A stretch of 64,000 bases of DNA from Prolixibacteraceae bacterium (GTDB taxonomy: Bacteria; Bacteroidota; Bacteroidia; Bacteroidales; Prolixibacteraceae). The notes beneath the pieces were generated by a model. The model was not told the origin of the DNA. It saw only the letters and a program-made list of their open reading frames with translations, and made no database searches. Both the position numbers and the translations under genes were made by a program. The stretch covers positions 17,682-81,681 of the forward strand of contig JBGSUC010000031.1 of assembly GCA_041736275.1 (NCBI GenBank), read 5' to 3'. This document shows, piece by piece, positions 1-10,563 of the stretch (its first letter is position 1; each line of letters opens with the position of its first letter).

Positions 1-138
1 ATAATTGGAAAAGCAATCGCTGAAAAAGCTATAGCTGCTGGTATCTCAGCTGTTGTATTTGATCGTAATGGTTATTTATATCACGGAAGAGTTAAACAAT
101 TAGCTGATGCTGCCCGTGAAGGCGGCCTTAAATTTTAA
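1..138 (+). CDS. rplR: 50S ribosomal protein L18, C-terminal fragment (gene begins upstream of the window)
   Basis: Frame 1 from base 1 reads [45 protein letters not shown], the conserved L18 C-terminus. It lies directly upstream of rpsE, as in spc operons. Confidence 0.9.
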   Translation: MIGKAIAEKAIAAGISAVVFDRNGYLYHGRVKQLADAAREGGLKF

Positions 139-143
139 TAGTT

Positions 144-659
144 ATGACAGGAGATATCAGAAAAGTAAAAACCAGTGATTTGGAACTGAAAGACCGGTTG
201 GTAGCTATTAACCGTGTTACAAAAGTAACCAAAGGAGGTAGAACATTTAGCTTCTCAGCGATAGTTGTAGTTGGTAACGAAGATGGTGTCGTAGGCTGGG
301 GCCTTGGTAAAGCCAGTGAAGTTACTACTGCAATTTCAAAAGGTGTTGATGCTGCGAAAAAGAACCTGATTAAGGTTCCGATTCATAACGGCACAATTCC
401 TCACGAACAGGAAGCCAAATTTGGCGGAGCTCGCGTATTTCTAAAACCTGCCTCTTCTGGTACCGGGGTAAAAGCTGGTGGTGCTATGCGCTCAGTGTTG
501 GAAAGTGTTGGCGTTCATAATATCCTTGCTAAATCAAAAGGATCTTCGAACCCTCACAATCTTGTAAAAGCGACTATGAGTGCTCTTCTCGAATTACGTG
601 ATGCACATACTGTTGCTGAACACCGTGGTGTTACATTGGATAAAGTATTTAATGGATAA
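144..659 (+). CDS. rpsE: 30S ribosomal protein S5
   Basis: 171-aa ORF with the S5 core [30 protein letters not shown]; spc operon position. Confidence 0.97.
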   Translation: MTGDIRKVKTSDLELKDRLVAINRVTKVTKGGRTFSFSAIVVVGNEDGVVGWGLGKASEVTTAISKGVDAAKKNLIKVPIHNGTIPHEQEAKFGGARVFLKPASSGTGVKAGGAMRSVLESVGVHNILAKSKGSSNPHNLVKATMSALLELRDAHTVAEHRGVTLDKVFNG

Positions 660-665
660 GGAGTT

Positions 666-845
666 ATGGCTAAGATAAAAATTACACAAGTAAGAAGTCA
701 GATCGGTTCTGATAAAAGGCAAAAAGCTACACTTATTGCTTTGGGAATCAAAAAACTTAACCGTTCAGTGATACACGAAGGAACTCCACAAATTATGGGG
801 ATGGTCAAGAAATTGCAACATCTCGTAATTGTTGAAGAAGTTTAA
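666..845 (+). CDS. rpmD: 50S ribosomal protein L30
   Basis: 59-aa ORF below the track cutoff: MAKIKITQVRSQIGSDKRQKATLIALGIKKLNRSVIHEGTPQIMGMVKKLQHLVIVEEV. It lies between rpsE and rplO. Confidence 0.9.
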   Translation: MAKIKITQVRSQIGSDKRQKATLIALGIKKLNRSVIHEGTPQIMGMVKKLQHLVIVEEV

Positions 846-865
846 ACTTATTAAGATCAAGAAAT

Positions 866-1312
866 ATGGATTTAAGTAATCTTAAACCTGCCGAAGGTTC
901 AACAAAGAGCGTAAAGCGAATTGGCCGAGGTCAGGGTTCAGGTCATGGAGGCACTTCCACAAGAGGACATAAAGGTGCCAAATCAAGATCAGGCTATAAA
1001 AGCCGCCGTGGTTTTGAAGGTGGTCAGATGCCGTTGCAACGTGTTGTACCTAAATTTGGCTTTAAAAACATTAACAGAAAAGAATTTAAAGCAATCAATC
1101 TTGATGTTATTCAGGAATTGGCTGAATCTTTAAATCTGACAAGTGTGGATGTTGATACTTTAGTTGAAGCTGGTATGGCTTCCAAAAGGGATAAAGTAAA
1201 GATCTTGGGAGATGGTGTATTAAACCTTAAATTGGAAGTTAAAGCTCATGCTTTTTCAAAAAGAGCTAAAGAGACCATTGAGAAACTAGAAGGTACCACC
1301 GAAATACTTTAA
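866..1312 (+). CDS. rplO: 50S ribosomal protein L15
   Basis: 148-aa ORF with a Gly/Arg-rich N-terminus (RIGRGQGSGHGGTSTRGHKG) typical of L15; it precedes secY. Confidence 0.96.
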   Translation: MDLSNLKPAEGSTKSVKRIGRGQGSGHGGTSTRGHKGAKSRSGYKSRRGFEGGQMPLQRVVPKFGFKNINRKEFKAINLDVIQELAESLNLTSVDVDTLVEAGMASKRDKVKILGDGVLNLKLEVKAHAFSKRAKETIEKLEGTTEIL

Positions 1313-1317
1313 CCCTA

Positions 1318-2661
1318 ATGAAAAAATTTATTGAAACCCTAAAGAATATTTATAAGATAGAAGACTTGCGGTCCCGGTTGGGGATTACCTTGTTCTTACT
1401 TTTAATTTATCGTTTAGGTTCGTTTGTTTCTTTACCCGGAGTTGATCCATCACAGCTGACTCAACTTCAAAATCAAACATCTGGGGGGTTGCTCGGATTG
1501 TTGGATATGTTCTCAGGAGGAGCTTTCTCTAAAGCATCAATTTTTGCTTTAGGGATTATGCCGTACATTTCAGCTTCCATTGTAATTCAGTTAATGGGTA
1601 TTGCGGTACCTTATTTTCAACGATTACAAAAAGAAGGTGAATCAGGACGTCGGAAAATTAATCAGTTAACGCGTTATCTGACAGTTCTCATCCTGATCTT
1701 CCAGGCACCTGCTTATTTAGTAAATCTTCATGCCCAATTACCAGAAACTGCTTTTGCAATTACCGGAACTTTATTTACTGTTTCATCGACCATCATTTTA
1801 ACTGCTGGTTCGATGTTCGTAATGTGGCTCGGTGAACGTATTACAGATAAAGGAATTGGAAATGGTATTTCGCTGATCATCATGATTGGAATTATTGCGC
1901 GCTTACCTCATTCTGTCGTTGCTGAATTTATTTCACGTATCGAACAGCAAGGTGGTGGTATGGTAATGTTCCTACTAGAGTTTGTTGTTCTTATCGTTGT
2001 ATTCATGGGTGCAATTTTGCTGGTTCAGGGAACCCGCAAAATACCAGTGCAATACGCTAAACGAATTGTAGGTAACAAGCAATATGGTGGTGTACGTCAG
2101 TATATTCCATTGAAAGTGAATGCTGCAGGAGTTATGCCTATTATTTTTGCTCAGGCAATCATGTTTATTCCAATAAGTCTTGCTGGTTTTGCTAAATCAG
2201 ATAGTTTGAGCGGTTTTGCGGCTGCTTTCTCTAATCATACAGGCTTTTGGTATAATCTTACTCAATTTTTGCTGGTAATTTTATTTACATATTTCTATAC
2301 GGCAATAACTGTAAACCCATTGCAAATGGCAGAGGATATGAAGAAAAACGGTGGTTTTATTCCTGGGGTTAAACCGGGAAAGAAGACTGTTGAATTTCTT
2401 GATACTGTTATGTCGAGAATCACTCTTCCCGGATCTGTTTTTTTGGGAATCATTACGATTCTTCCGGCATTTGCAATGATGGCAGGAATTAATCAGCAGT
2501 TCGCCTATTTCTTTGGCGGTACATCACTGTTAATCCTTGTTGGTGTTGTTTTAGATACCTTACAGCAAATTGAGAGTCACCTTTTAATGCGTCACTATGA
2601 TGGTTTGATGAAATCAGGCCGAATCAAAGGACGCACGGGAAGTGGAGCGTCTGGGTACTAA
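1318..2661 (+). CDS. secY: preprotein translocase subunit SecY
   Basis: 447-aa polytopic membrane ORF with SecY motifs (FALGIMPYISASIVIQL, GERITDKGIGNGISLII); operon position. Confidence 0.97.
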   Translation: MKKFIETLKNIYKIEDLRSRLGITLFLLLIYRLGSFVSLPGVDPSQLTQLQNQTSGGLLGLLDMFSGGAFSKASIFALGIMPYISASIVIQLMGIAVPYFQRLQKEGESGRRKINQLTRYLTVLILIFQAPAYLVNLHAQLPETAFAITGTLFTVSSTIILTAGSMFVMWLGERITDKGIGNGISLIIMIGIIARLPHSVVAEFISRIEQQGGGMVMFLLEFVVLIVVFMGAILLVQGTRKIPVQYAKRIVGNKQYGGVRQYIPLKVNAAGVMPIIFAQAIMFIPISLAGFAKSDSLSGFAAAFSNHTGFWYNLTQFLLVILFTYFYTAITVNPLQMAEDMKKNGGFIPGVKPGKKTVEFLDTVMSRITLPGSVFLGIITILPAFAMMAGINQQFAYFFGGTSLLILVGVVLDTLQQIESHLLMRHYDGLMKSGRIKGRTGSGASGY

Positions 2662-2753
2662 TTGCTAATTAGACATTTAATGTCTTGGATTGGTGAAAGT
2701 TCTAAACTTGTTAAATTTAATTCATAAATAGCGAGTAAGTCCGGTAATTCTTG

Positions 2754-2761
2754 TAATTTTG
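2754..2761 (+). promoter_or_regulatory. candidate Bacteroidota -7 promoter box (TAATTTTG) inside the secY-infA spacer
   Basis: Match to the TAnnTTTG -7 consensus, about 100 nt upstream of the infA ATG. Confidence 0.35.
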
Positions 2762-2863
2762 CCGGATTTATAAGCGGAATATTAAATAATCTTCCGTACC
2801 GGTGTTTGAATTTGATCTTATTGAATTATAAACACCAAATTACTAGATAATTAGAGTATATTT

Positions 2864-3085
2864 ATGGCAAAACAGTCTTCAATAGAACAAGACGGAACAA
2901 TCATTGAATCATTATCGAATGCAATGTTCAGGGTTGAATTGGAAAATGGGCATATTATAACTGCACATATTTCCGGGAAAATGAGGATGCATTACATCAA
3001 GATTTTACCTGGAGATAAAGTGAAAGTTGAAATGTCGCCATACGACCTGACAAAAGGAAGAATTTCTTTTAGATACAAAAACTAA
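2864..3085 (+). CDS. infA: translation initiation factor IF-1
   Basis: 73-aa ORF with an S1-like fold sequence ([57 protein letters not shown]). Confidence 0.97.
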   Translation: MAKQSSIEQDGTIIESLSNAMFRVELENGHIITAHISGKMRMHYIKILPGDKVKVEMSPYDLTKGRISFRYKN

Positions 3086-3096
3086 AGCACAAAATA

Positions 3097-3213
3097 ATGA
3101 AAGTAAGAGCATCCATTAAAAAACGTAGTGCCGACTGTAAAATTGTTCGCAGAAAAGGCCGTTTGTACGTGATTAACAAAAAGAATCCTAAGTACAAACA
3201 ACGTCAGGGATAA
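3097..3213 (+). CDS. rpmJ: 50S ribosomal protein L36
   Basis: 38-aa ORF absent from the track: [38 protein letters not shown]; it lies between infA and rpsM. Confidence 0.92.
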   Translation: MKVRASIKKRSADCKIVRRKGRLYVINKKNPKYKQRQG

Positions 3214-3240
3214 TTATTAACTTTGTAAAAATTTTATTTT

Positions 3241-3618
3241 ATGGCTCGTATAAGTGGTGTTGACATCCCTAATAATAAAAGAGGCGAGATAGCATTAACC
3301 TATATTTACGGTATTGGTCGCAATCTTTCTGTTACCCTCCTCGAAAAAGCCGGCGTTGACAAAAACATCAAAGTTCAGGATTGGACTGATGATCATCTGG
3401 CTGCTATTCGTGCAGCTATCAGTGGAAGCATCAAAGTTGAAGGCGAATTACGTTCTGAAACACAGATGAATATTAAACGATTGATGGATATCGGTTGTTA
3501 CCGGGGAATTCGTCATCGTGTAGGCTTACCTGTTCGTGGACAAAGCACTAAAAATAATGCACGTACACGTAAAGGAAAGAGAAAAACTGTTGCTAATAAG
3601 AAAAAAGCCACTAAATAA
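3241..3618 (+). CDS. rpsM: 30S ribosomal protein S13
   Basis: 125-aa ORF starting [10 protein letters not shown], with [16 protein letters not shown]. Confidence 0.97.
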   Translation: MARISGVDIPNNKRGEIALTYIYGIGRNLSVTLLEKAGVDKNIKVQDWTDDHLAAIRAAISGSIKVEGELRSETQMNIKRLMDIGCYRGIRHRVGLPVRGQSTKNNARTRKGKRKTVANKKKATK

Positions 3619-3632
3619 TTGATATTTGAATT

Positions 3633-4022
3633 ATGGCAAAAAAGACTGGTTCTACAAAAAAGCGAGTTGTTATCGTTGAAGCAATCGGACAGGCACACAT
3701 TCACTCTTCATTTAATAATATCATTGTGTCGTTGACCAATGGAAATGGAGAAGTTATTTCGTGGTCGTCTGCCGGTAAAAAAGGATTTAGAGGTTCAAAA
3801 AAGAATACTCCCTATGCTGCACAGGTAGCTTCTGAAGAATGTGCCAAGGTTGCATATGATCTCGGACTTAGAAAAGTAAAAGTATACGTTAAAGGTCCAG
3901 GAAATGGTCGTGAATCTGCTATTCGTGCTATCAGCAGCGTTGGCATTCAGGTAAGTGAAATCGTTGATGTTACCCCACTTCCACACAATGGATGTCGTCC
4001 TGCAAAAAGGAGACGTGTTTAA
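3633..4022 (+). CDS. rpsK: 30S ribosomal protein S11
   Basis: 129-aa ORF with [22 protein letters not shown] and [16 protein letters not shown]. Confidence 0.97.
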   Translation: MAKKTGSTKKRVVIVEAIGQAHIHSSFNNIIVSLTNGNGEVISWSSAGKKGFRGSKKNTPYAAQVASEECAKVAYDLGLRKVKVYVKGPGNGRESAIRAISSVGIQVSEIVDVTPLPHNGCRPAKRRRV

Positions 4023-4042
4023 TCTAATTAATTAAGACAGTA

Positions 4043-4651
4043 ATGGCAAGATATAGAGGACCAAAATCCAGAATCGCCCGAAAATTTGGTGAAGCAATTT
4101 TCGGACCTGATAAAGTACTTGAAAAGAAGAATTATCCACCAGGTGTTCACGGTTTAGCTAGCCGCAGACGTAAAAAATCTGAGTACGGTACACAGCTGAA
4201 AGAGAAACAGAAAGCAAAATACATGTATGGTGTTTTGGAAAAACAATTTTCTAATTTGTTTAAAAAAGCATCTGCCTCTAAAGGGGTAACTGGTGAAGTT
4301 CTGTTACAAATGCTCGAAGCACGTTTGGATAATGTTGTATTTCGTTTAGGAATTGCTCCTACACGTGCTGCAGCTCGTCAATTAGTTTCTCACAAACATA
4401 TCAATGTTAACGGTGAAGTATTAAATATTCCATCTTATCAGGTTAGACCTGGCGACGTTGTTGGTGTGCGTGAAAAATCAAGATCACTTGAAGCAATTAC
4501 TGCTTCACTGAACTCGCGTCGTTCTACTAAATTTGCATGGTTGGAATGGGATAGTTCTGAATTGGCTGGTAAGTTTTTAACCCGTCCGGAAAGAACAGAA
4601 ATTCCTGAAAACATTAAAGAACAACTTATTGTAGAGTTGTATTCTAAATAA
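4043..4651 (+). CDS. rpsD: 30S ribosomal protein S4
   Basis: 202-aa ORF starting [16 protein letters not shown], with an S4 RNA-binding domain ([26 protein letters not shown]). Confidence 0.97.
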   Translation: MARYRGPKSRIARKFGEAIFGPDKVLEKKNYPPGVHGLASRRRKKSEYGTQLKEKQKAKYMYGVLEKQFSNLFKKASASKGVTGEVLLQMLEARLDNVVFRLGIAPTRAAARQLVSHKHINVNGEVLNIPSYQVRPGDVVGVREKSRSLEAITASLNSRRSTKFAWLEWDSSELAGKFLTRPERTEIPENIKEQLIVELYSK

Positions 4652-4667
4652 TCAATTACTCAGTATT

Positions 4668-5660
4668 ATGGCAATATTAGCGTTCCAGAAACCAGACAAA
4701 GTTATAATGGTTGAAACCGATGAGAAGTACGGTAAATTTGAATTCCGTCCATTGGAACCAGGTTATGGTATTACAATAGGTAATGCCTTACGAAGGATTC
4801 TGTTATCCTCTTTGGAAGGTTATGCAATCACAACTGTCAAGATTGATAAAGTTGACCATGAATTTGCAACAGTTAAAGGAGTGATGGAAGACGTTACCGA
4901 AATCATCCTGAACCTTAAGCAAATCAGGTTTAAACGTGAAGTCGAAGATTTTGACAGTGAAAAGGTTTCAATTTCAATTACCGGACAGGATACATTTACT
5001 GCCGGAGATATTAATAAATTTATGACCGGCTTCCGTGTTTTAAATCCAGAGTTAATTATCTGCCGGATGGAACCTGAAGTTAAATTGCAGATGGATCTTA
5101 CCATCAACAAAGGTCGCGGATATGTTCCAAGCGGTGAAAATAAGCCGGTCGATGCTGAGTTTGGAGTTATTCCAATCGATTCAATTTTCACGCCTATTAA
5201 GAACGTGAGATATGCTATCGAAAATTATCGTGTTGAGCAAAAAACTGACTATGAAAAGTTAGTCTTTGAAATCACAACCGATGGTTCAATTCATCCTAAA
5301 GATGCACTTAAGGAAGCTGCTAAGATTCTGATTTATCATTTCATGTTATTCTCTGATGAAAAAATAACCATTGATTCGGATGAGAAATTTGCGAATGAAG
5401 AGTTCGATGAGGAAGTTCTTCATATGCGCCAACTTCTGAAAACGAAATTGGTAGATATGGATCTTTCTGTTCGTGCATTGAATTGCCTTAAGGCTGCCGA
5501 TGTTGAAACTTTGGGTGAGCTGGTTACTTATAACCGGAATGATTTGCTCAAATTTCGCAATTTCGGTAAGAAGTCGCTCACTGAACTTGATGACTTGTTA
5601 GTGAGTTTGAATTTGACGTTTGGGATGGATATCAGTAAATATAAACTTGATAAGGAATAA
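4668..5660 (+). CDS. rpoA: DNA-directed RNA polymerase subunit alpha
   Basis: 330-aa ORF with an N-terminal domain ([28 protein letters not shown]) and a C-terminal domain ([21 protein letters not shown]). Confidence 0.97.
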   Translation: MAILAFQKPDKVIMVETDEKYGKFEFRPLEPGYGITIGNALRRILLSSLEGYAITTVKIDKVDHEFATVKGVMEDVTEIILNLKQIRFKREVEDFDSEKVSISITGQDTFTAGDINKFMTGFRVLNPELIICRMEPEVKLQMDLTINKGRGYVPSGENKPVDAEFGVIPIDSIFTPIKNVRYAIENYRVEQKTDYEKLVFEITTDGSIHPKDALKEAAKILIYHFMLFSDEKITIDSDEKFANEEFDEEVLHMRQLLKTKLVDMDLSVRALNCLKAADVETLGELVTYNRNDLLKFRNFGKKSLTELDDLLVSLNLTFGMDISKYKLDKE

Positions 5661-5666
5661 GTAAAA

Positions 5667-6209
5667 ATGAGACATAGTAAAAAATTCAACCATTTAGGTA
5701 GAACCAGCGCTCATAGGAAAGCAATGTTGTCCAATATGGCCAATTCATTGATTTTTCACAAACGTATTACAACGACCGTAGCTAAAGCAAAGGCCTTAAG
5801 AATATATGTTGAGCCACTTATTACCAAGGCGAAAGATGATTCAACTCATTCACGCAGGGTAGTATTTGAATACCTAAAGAGCAAAACCGCAGTGGCGATG
5901 TTGTTTAGAGATGTTGCTGAAAAAGTGGCTGATCGTCCGGGAGGTTATACAAGAATTCTTAAAACAGGAACCAGACTTGGAGATAATGCAGAAATGTGTA
6001 TTGTCGAGTTGGTTGACTACAACGAAAGCATGTTGGCTGCTAAGGAAACAAAAGCAAAACCAAGTCGTGCACGTCGTAGTAAGAAAAAAGCTGATGCTCC
6101 TAAAGTAACTGGTAATGTTGCTCCTGAAGTTATCGCTCCAGAAGTTATTGTTGCCCCAGAAGCAGAAGTTGCTCCGGAAGAAAAGGCTGAAGAGAAATCA
6201 GAAGAATAA
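5667..6209 (+). CDS. rplQ: 50S ribosomal protein L17, with a low-complexity acidic APEV-repeat C-terminal tail
   Basis: 180-aa ORF starting [21 protein letters not shown]. It is the last gene of the alpha operon. Tail: [30 protein letters not shown]. Confidence 0.95.
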   Translation: MRHSKKFNHLGRTSAHRKAMLSNMANSLIFHKRITTTVAKAKALRIYVEPLITKAKDDSTHSRRVVFEYLKSKTAVAMLFRDVAEKVADRPGGYTRILKTGTRLGDNAEMCIVELVDYNESMLAAKETKAKPSRARRSKKKADAPKVTGNVAPEVIAPEVIVAPEAEVAPEEKAEEKSEE

Positions 6210-6224
6210 AGAAATAATACTCAT

Positions 6225-6258
6225 AAAAAAAGGCTGATGAATAATCAGCCTTTTTTTT
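6225..6258. terminator. bidirectional intrinsic terminator between rplQ and the convergent response-regulator gene
   Basis: 8-bp stem AGGCTGAT/ATCAGCCT (6231-6238 / 6244-6251) with a 5-nt loop, an A-run before and T8 after. Confidence 0.85.
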
Positions 6259-6326
6259 GCCCTTTTTTGAATTGCAATAATTAGATGCTTTGGGATTCTA
6301 TCTTGTGTATTTACACAATTTGCCTC

Positions 6327-6707
6327 TTACAGCATTCGTTGTTTTTGATGGAGTTGAAAGTCAATCGACTTTAATAATTCATCAATATCAATTGGTTTAA
6401 TTAAATAATCATCTCCTCCATTTTTCAGGCAGCGATTTCTTTCATGTTCAAAATCGTTGGTTGTAACAAAAATGATTGGAATGTGCTTGTTGCTGAAATT
6501 TAAGGACTCTCGTATAAGTAGCGTAGCGTCAGCTCCATCCATCACAGGCATTGATAAATCCATTAATACAACATCAAAATGCTGCGAATCTAATATTTTG
6601 ACTGCTTCAAGTCCATTATTTGCTGTGTCTATTTCATAATACTTTTTTAATGAGTAGTATAAAAATTTCTGATTGATAGGATTATCGTCAACAATTAATA
6701 GTTTCAC
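6327..6707 (-). CDS. stand-alone response regulator (receiver domain only, CheY-like)
   Basis: 126-aa ORF starting MKLLIVDDNPINQ, with the phospho-acceptor context VVLMDLSMPVMDG and a KP motif (LIKPID); no output domain. Confidence 0.9.
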   Translation of the reverse strand: MKLLIVDDNPINQKFLYYSLKKYYEIDTANNGLEAVKILDSQHFDVVLMDLSMPVMDGADATLLIRESLNFSNKHIPIIFVTTNDFEHERNRCLKNGGDDYLIKPIDIDELLKSIDFQLHQKQRML

Positions 6708-6774
6708 GTTGCTAATTTAGAAGGGTATACTTTCTTATTCCATAAAACTACTTAATTTGGTCGGTAAAAAGCAC

Positions 6775-6782
6775 TATTTTTG
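6775..6782 (+). promoter_or_regulatory. candidate -7 promoter box (TATTTTTG) for ettA
   Basis: TAnnTTTG match 69 nt upstream of the ATG at 6851. Confidence 0.4.
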
Positions 6783-6850
6783 ATAACTCAAATCTAGTTT
6801 TGGATAGGTGAAAGGACGTGTTTGATTTAAATTTTCTAAAAAGTATAAAT

Positions 6851-8539
6851 ATGAGTGACGATAAAAAAATAATTTTCTCCATGTATCGGGTAAATAAAAC
6901 CTACCCGCCCCAAAAGCAAGTTTTGAAGGATATATCCTTGTCTTTCTTTCTTGGTGCCAAAATTGGTATTATTGGATTGAATGGTTCAGGAAAATCTACA
7001 TTGCTTAAAATCATTGCCGGTATCGAAAGTTCTTACCAGGGAGAAGTGGTTTTTTCTCCTGGATATACTGTCGGTTATCTTGAGCAAGATCCTCGTTTGG
7101 ACGAAACGAAGACTGTAAAAGAGATTGTTCAGGAAGGCGTTCAGGAAATTGTTGATGTACTGAAAGCTTATGAAGATATCAATTTGAAATTTGGAGATCC
7201 AGATGTTTATGAAAATGCGGATCTAATGGATAAAATGATTGCAGAGCAAGCTGTCCTTTCTGATCGAATTGAACATTTAGATGCATGGAATCTGGATACC
7301 AAACTCGAACGTGCAATGGATGCACTTCAGTGTCCTCCTGACGATCAGCTGGTGGGTGAGCTTTCCGGAGGAGAACGTCGCAGAGTGGCGCTTTGCCGCT
7401 TGTTACTGAAATCGCCTGATGTTCTTTTACTTGATGAACCTACAAACCATTTGGATGCAGAATCTGTCCAATGGCTTGAAATGCATCTTCAGCAGTACAA
7501 AGGAACAGTGATTTGTATTACTCATGACCGTTATTTCCTTGATAATGTTGCCGGCTGGATTCTTGAACTCGATCGTGGCGAAGGTATTCCCTGGAAAGGA
7601 AATTATTCATCGTGGCTCGAACAAAAATCAAAACGTATGGAACAGGAGGAAAAGGTTGTTTCCAAAAGACGCAAATCTCTCGAACAAGAGCTCGAATGGA
7701 TACGAATGGCTCCAAAAGCACGTCAGGCTAAGTCGAAAGCTCGACTTAGTGCATACGATCGATTGATTAATGAAGATGTAAAACAGAAGGAAGAAAAGCT
7801 CGAAATATTTATACCCAATGGACCTCGTTTAGGCGAACGTGTTATCTCGGCAGAAGAAGTTTCAAAGGGTTACGGAGATCGCATTTTGTTTGAAGACCTT
7901 AATTTTGTTTTGCCTCCCAATGGTATCGTGGGAGTAATTGGTCCAAACGGTGCCGGTAAAACTACACTTTTCCGCTTGATTATGAAGCTGGAGCATGCAG
8001 ATAAAGGAACTTTCGATGTGGGAGAAACAGTGAAAATTGCTTATGTCGATCAAACTCACAAGGCAATAGATCCGGAGAAGACTGTTTTCCAGGTAATTAC
8101 CGGAGGTAGCGATTTGATTTCCGTTGGAGGCAAGCAACTAAATGCCCGGGCTTATGTTTCCAGATTCAATTTTGGAGGTGCCGATCAGGAAAAGAAATGC
8201 GGATACCTTTCCGGAGGTGAAAAAAACAGGTTGCACCTTGCTTTGGCGCTAAAAGAAGAAGGAAATGTGCTTCTGCTCGATGAACCAACCAATGATATTG
8301 ACATCAATACTTTACGTGCGCTTGAAGAAGGATTGGATAATTTTGCAGGTTGTGCAGTGGTAATTTCACATGATCGCTGGTTTCTCGACCGAATTGCGAC
8401 CCATATTCTTGCTTTTGAAGGTGATTCCAAGGTCGTTTTCTTTGAGGGTGGTTTTACTGATTACGAAGAAAACAGGAAGAAGCGCATGGGCGATGCAGGT
8501 CCGCAACGAATTAAATATAAAAAATTGGTAAAAGACTAA
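6851..8539 (+). CDS. ettA: ABC-F ATPase, energy-dependent translational throttle protein EttA
   Basis: Two ABC cassettes (GLNGSGKST, LSGGERRRVAL; GPNGAGKTT, LSGGEKNRLHL). N-terminus IIFSMYRVNKTYPPQKQVLKDISLSFFLGAKIGIIGLNG is typical of EttA. The ATG at 6851 is preferred over the track's GTG at 6818. Confidence 0.9.
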   Translation: MSDDKKIIFSMYRVNKTYPPQKQVLKDISLSFFLGAKIGIIGLNGSGKSTLLKIIAGIESSYQGEVVFSPGYTVGYLEQDPRLDETKTVKEIVQEGVQEIVDVLKAYEDINLKFGDPDVYENADLMDKMIAEQAVLSDRIEHLDAWNLDTKLERAMDALQCPPDDQLVGELSGGERRRVALCRLLLKSPDVLLLDEPTNHLDAESVQWLEMHLQQYKGTVICITHDRYFLDNVAGWILELDRGEGIPWKGNYSSWLEQKSKRMEQEEKVVSKRRKSLEQELEWIRMAPKARQAKSKARLSAYDRLINEDVKQKEEKLEIFIPNGPRLGERVISAEEVSKGYGDRILFEDLNFVLPPNGIVGVIGPNGAGKTTLFRLIMKLEHADKGTFDVGETVKIAYVDQTHKAIDPEKTVFQVITGGSDLISVGGKQLNARAYVSRFNFGGADQEKKCGYLSGGEKNRLHLALALKEEGNVLLLDEPTNDIDINTLRALEEGLDNFAGCAVVISHDRWFLDRIATHILAFEGDSKVVFFEGGFTDYEENRKKRMGDAGPQRIKYKKLVKD

Positions 8540-8569
8540 ACATCTAATTTTGTTTTGTTGTTTTAGAAA

Positions 8570-8605
8570 GGACTGAAGTACATAAAACTTCAGTCTTTTT
8601 GTTTT
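8570..8605 (+). terminator. intrinsic terminator after ettA
   Basis: Stem GGACTGAAGT/ACTTCAGTCT (8570-8579 / 8587-8596) followed by a T-run. Confidence 0.8.
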
Positions 8606-8653
8606 AGAGTATAGTATCTGTTTCCTTTTTTAATTTGAAAAGTCATCTTAATT

Positions 8654-9130
8654 ATGCAAAAAGTTGTATCACAAAAAATACTTGAAGAACTCTCAAATAA
8701 TGCTTTAAAGTCTCCACGAAAAAGATTAAATCTTAATTTTCATGAAGATTTAGCTGATCCGATTAACAGGATGCTAAATGCTTTTGAGCCTGGGACCTAC
8801 ATTCAGCCGCATAAACATGAAAATCCGGATAAACGTGAAGTTTTTATCGTGATAAGAGGTAGTCTGGTGGTTGTCTTTTTCGATAATTCGGGGAATCCGG
8901 AAGAATTTATCTTACTTGATCGCAGAAAGGGTGATTTTGCTGTTGAAATTCCTCCTGGTATTTGGCATACGATTATTGCGCTTGAGTCTGGGTCTGTTGT
9001 CTATGAAGTAAAAGATGGTCCGTATTTGCCTATGAATGATAAGAATTTTGCCCAATGGGCGCCGAAAGAGAGTGAAGAGAAATGCGAACAATATTTGAAA
9101 AAGCTGACAGATCAATATTATAAACGATAA
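8654..9130 (+). CDS. WbuC-family cupin-fold metalloprotein
   Basis: 158-aa ORF; SPRKRLNLNFH, YIQPHKHENPDKREVFIVIRG, WHT and KDGPY match my recollection of the WbuC cupin family. Confidence 0.7.
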   Translation: MQKVVSQKILEELSNNALKSPRKRLNLNFHEDLADPINRMLNAFEPGTYIQPHKHENPDKREVFIVIRGSLVVVFFDNSGNPEEFILLDRRKGDFAVEIPPGIWHTIIALESGSVVYEVKDGPYLPMNDKNFAQWAPKESEEKCEQYLKKLTDQYYKR

Positions 9131-9166
9131 AAAGAGTATCGGTTGCAGGTTTATCCTGAATTTGCT

Positions 9167-9174
9167 TAATTTTG
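9167..9174 (+). promoter_or_regulatory. candidate -7 promoter box (TAATTTTG) for hisS
   Basis: TAnnTTTG match 25 nt upstream of the hisS ATG. Confidence 0.45.
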
Positions 9175-9198
9175 CAGCCTTTAGGATAAATTATAAAC

Positions 9199-10563
9199 AT
9201 GGCACAGAAACCCTCAATTCCAAAAGGAACACGCGATTTTTCTCCGGCTGAAATGACCAACCGGAACTATATTTTCGATACCATCAAAAGTATTTTTCGT
9301 TTATACGGATTTCAACCTATTGAAACTCCGGCAATGGAAAACCTGTCGACCCTGATGGGCAAATATGGAGAAGAAGGTGATAAGCTGCTGTTTAAAATTT
9401 TGAACTCGGGTGATTTTGCGGGTAACCTTACTGACCAGGAATTACTTGAGAAAAATAGTATCCGTCTGACGAACCGGATATCAGAAAAAGGTTTGCGATA
9501 CGACCTGACCGTGCCTTTCGCACGTTTTGTGGTGCAATATCGCAATGACATTTCATTTCCGTTTAAACGCTACCAAATTCAGCCCGTTTGGCGTGCTGAC
9601 AGGCCTCAGAAAGGTCGTTACCGTGAGTTTTATCAATGTGATGTAGACATTGTTGGCAGTGAGTCGCTTCTTAACGAGATGGAATTGGTTCAGATTGTAA
9701 ATCAGGTTTTTACCAAACTTAAAATCAATACAATAGTTAAAATCAATAATCGTAAAATTCTTGCAGGAATTGCTGAAGTAATCGGTGAAAAAGACCGTAT
9801 TGTTGACATTACTGTTGCCATAGATAAACTGGATAAAATTGGCCTGGAAAAAGTAAATGATGAATTGCTTGAAAAGGGTATTCCACAAATTGCTGTTGAT
9901 AAACTTCAGCCTATTCTGCATTTGTCGGGTCAGGTTTCCGAAAAATTGAATCAGTTGGACTCGGCCATTGGTCAATCGGAAATTGGAGCAAAAGGTATTG
10001 CTGAAGTAAGAACTTTATTTGCTTACCTGGATACATTGGAACTCAGTACGGAGGTCGAACTGGATTTGACGCTAGCACGAGGATTGAATTATTATACAGG
10101 AGCCATCTTTGAAGTAAAAGCTAAAGATGTAGCTATGGGCAGTATTTGCGGGGGCGGCCGTTATGACGACCTGACTGGAATCTTTGGTATGCCAAATGTT
10201 TCTGGTGTTGGTATTTCTTTTGGCGCCGACCGTATTTACGATGTTCTCACCCAATTGGAGTTGTTTCCGGCGGCAACAGCCGATTCAACGAAATTGATGT
10301 TTGTGAACTTCGGTTTGGCCGAAGAAGCTTTTTGTTTGCCACTGCTTGCTTCAGTTAGAAAGGCTGGAATTAATGCTGAAATTTTTCCGGATAAAAGTAA
10401 AATGGCCAAACAGATGACCTGGGCAAACAACAAGAAAATACCGTTTGTAGCTATTGTTGGTGAAAACGAAATGCTCCAGGGAAAAATAAACCTTAAAAAT
10501 ATGCTTTCAGGAGAACAACAGTTAGTAGATGCGCAGGAACTGATAAAAATCCTTTCAGCGTAA
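9199..10563 (+). CDS. hisS: histidine--tRNA ligase
   Basis: 454-aa ORF with class II aaRS motifs ([51 protein letters not shown]). Confidence 0.95.
   Translation: MAQKPSIPKGTRDFSPAEMTNRNYIFDTIKSIFRLYGFQPIETPAMENLSTLMGKYGEEGDKLLFKILNSGDFAGNLTDQELLEKNSIRLTNRISEKGLRYDLTVPFARFVVQYRNDISFPFKRYQIQPVWRADRPQKGRYREFYQCDVDIVGSESLLNEMELVQIVNQVFTKLKINTIVKINNRKILAGIAEVIGEKDRIVDITVAIDKLDKIGLEKVNDELLEKGIPQIAVDKLQPILHLSGQVSEKLNQLDSAIGQSEIGAKGIAEVRTLFAYLDTLELSTEVELDLTLARGLNYYTGAIFEVKAKDVAMGSICGGGRYDDLTGIFGMPNVSGVGISFGADRIYDVLTQLELFPAATADSTKLMFVNFGLAEEAFCLPLLASVRKAGINAEIFPDKSKMAKQMTWANNKKIPFVAIVGENEMLQGKINLKNMLSGEQQLVDAQELIKILSA

Noticed and set aside
921-1133. 70-aa ORF overlapping rplO in another frame. Similar internal same-strand ORFs occur at 5911-6108, 7524-7766, 15294-15629 and 44264-44515.
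   Set aside because: They are out-of-frame overlaps inside well-supported genes and have no independent support.
6818-6850. GTG-initiated N-terminal extension of ettA (MFDLNFLKSIN) given by the ORF track. There are similar alternative-start extensions at 10768, 12825, 14995, 18386, 34662, 36104, 40731 and 59063.
   Set aside because: In each case an internal ATG gives an N-terminus matching the family start or a clean signal peptide. The extensions start at GTG/TTG or add non-conserved residues that overlap promoter-like sequence.
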